From contig NC_086097.1 in the NCBI RefSeq assembly GCF_963921235.1, positions 130,574,001 through 130,638,000 on the forward strand: a DNA stretch of 64,000 bases. The letters are read 5' to 3'. Positions 63,141-64,000 of this stretch are shown in pieces. How positions within the stretch are numbered: the stretch's first letter is position 1; every line of letters begins with the position of its first letter. The DNA comes from Mobula hypostoma (Eukaryota). The notes under the pieces were generated by a model that saw nothing but the letters and a program-made list of their open reading frames with translations, was not told the origin of the DNA and made no database searches. The translations under genes and the position numbers were made by a program.

Positions 63141-63465
63141 GCGGCATGGTAGCATAGTGCAATTGTACTACAGTGCTAGCAATCGCCAATCAGGGTTCGA
63201 TTTCCACTGCTGTCTGTAAGGAGTTTGTATGTTCTCTCCGTAATCACGGGGGGGGGGGGTTCCTCTGGTTGCTCCAGTTTCTTCCCACATTCCAAAGACT
63301 TACAGTTAGGATTGGGGTTAGTTGGAGGCACGCTATGTTGGCGCTGGAAGTGTGGCCAGACTTGTGGGCTGCCCCCAGCACAATCCTTGGACTGCACTGG
63401 GCATTGAGACAAATGATGCATTTCACTGGACTGTACGCTTTAATGTACAAATACAAATAAAGCTA
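63141..63465 (+). mobile_element. tRNA-derived V-SINE
   Basis: Head gcggcatggtagcatagtg, B box gggttcgatttc, central block gctccagtttcttcccacattccaaagac and caaataaagc tail. Confidence 0.75.
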
Positions 63466-64000
63466 TCCTTTAAGATCATGATGAGGTAGATTGCGAGGTT
63501 AAGAGATAACAAATAATAAGAGTACTTATCCTATCTTGTAGTTTGTAAACAGTAAAGAGGCTTTGGCATGTCTTATTCTCTTGTCCTGCACACCCAGCCT
63601 TTTACCTGCTGTTATAGATACAGCTTTTGTGTGGTTTCTTCATTTGAGTTTCTGGTGAATGGTAGTGCCTTTCAATGTCAAGGGTAGATGGCTAGCTTCC
63701 TCTTGTTGGAGAAGTAATTATGCGGTTAAAAAAAATAGCTCCAGACAAAACAGAAAAATTACAAAGGGACTATTTACTTTCAATTGCAACAGTCTGCCCA
63801 TGTTATTTTTAAGGGGAAAAGTTTAAACAGCTTAAGTGATTTTAAAGTGTTTCTTTAAAACAGCTAAATTATACAATTAATCACAAGTGCTAAGTGTTTT
63901 ATCATCAGATTTTCTTTCCTAATATGCATCCCTCAGTGCACTGCAGTTCACTGAGCCTTTCTGGGAGCCTGATTCATCTGATTCACAGTGTACAGCAGAA

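Noticed and set aside
1..64000. CRISPR arrays, operons or other prokaryotic systems
   Set aside because: The sequence is a eukaryotic intron-rich locus with no regularly spaced repeat-spacer array.

Overview
Vertebrate genomic DNA, most likely from a cartilaginous fish (ray/shark). This is inferred from the repeat landscape: CR1, Rex-Babar, Penelope, V-SINE/HE1-like and DeuSINE-like elements. The window holds the 5' part of NFATC1 on the minus strand: a beta-type first coding exon missed by the ORF track (56971-57061, MTSLCTDEEEFDFSFLFEFNQRD...), the large regulatory-domain exon (42617-43754) and the first Rel-homology exon (33760-33919). All splice phases are compatible. The next exon was not found, so intron 3 appears to exceed 33 kb. 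The rest is intronic or upstream DNA dense in decayed and often nested transposons. The most notable non-coding structure is a family of Penelope-derived minimal hammerhead ribozyme motifs. One copy forms a 100-bp head-to-head palindrome, and its left arm is also a perfect 92-nt inverted repeat of a Penelope end 16 kb away, bracketing exons 2-3. Repeat boundaries were read by eye and are approximate unless TSDs or TIRs are quoted.
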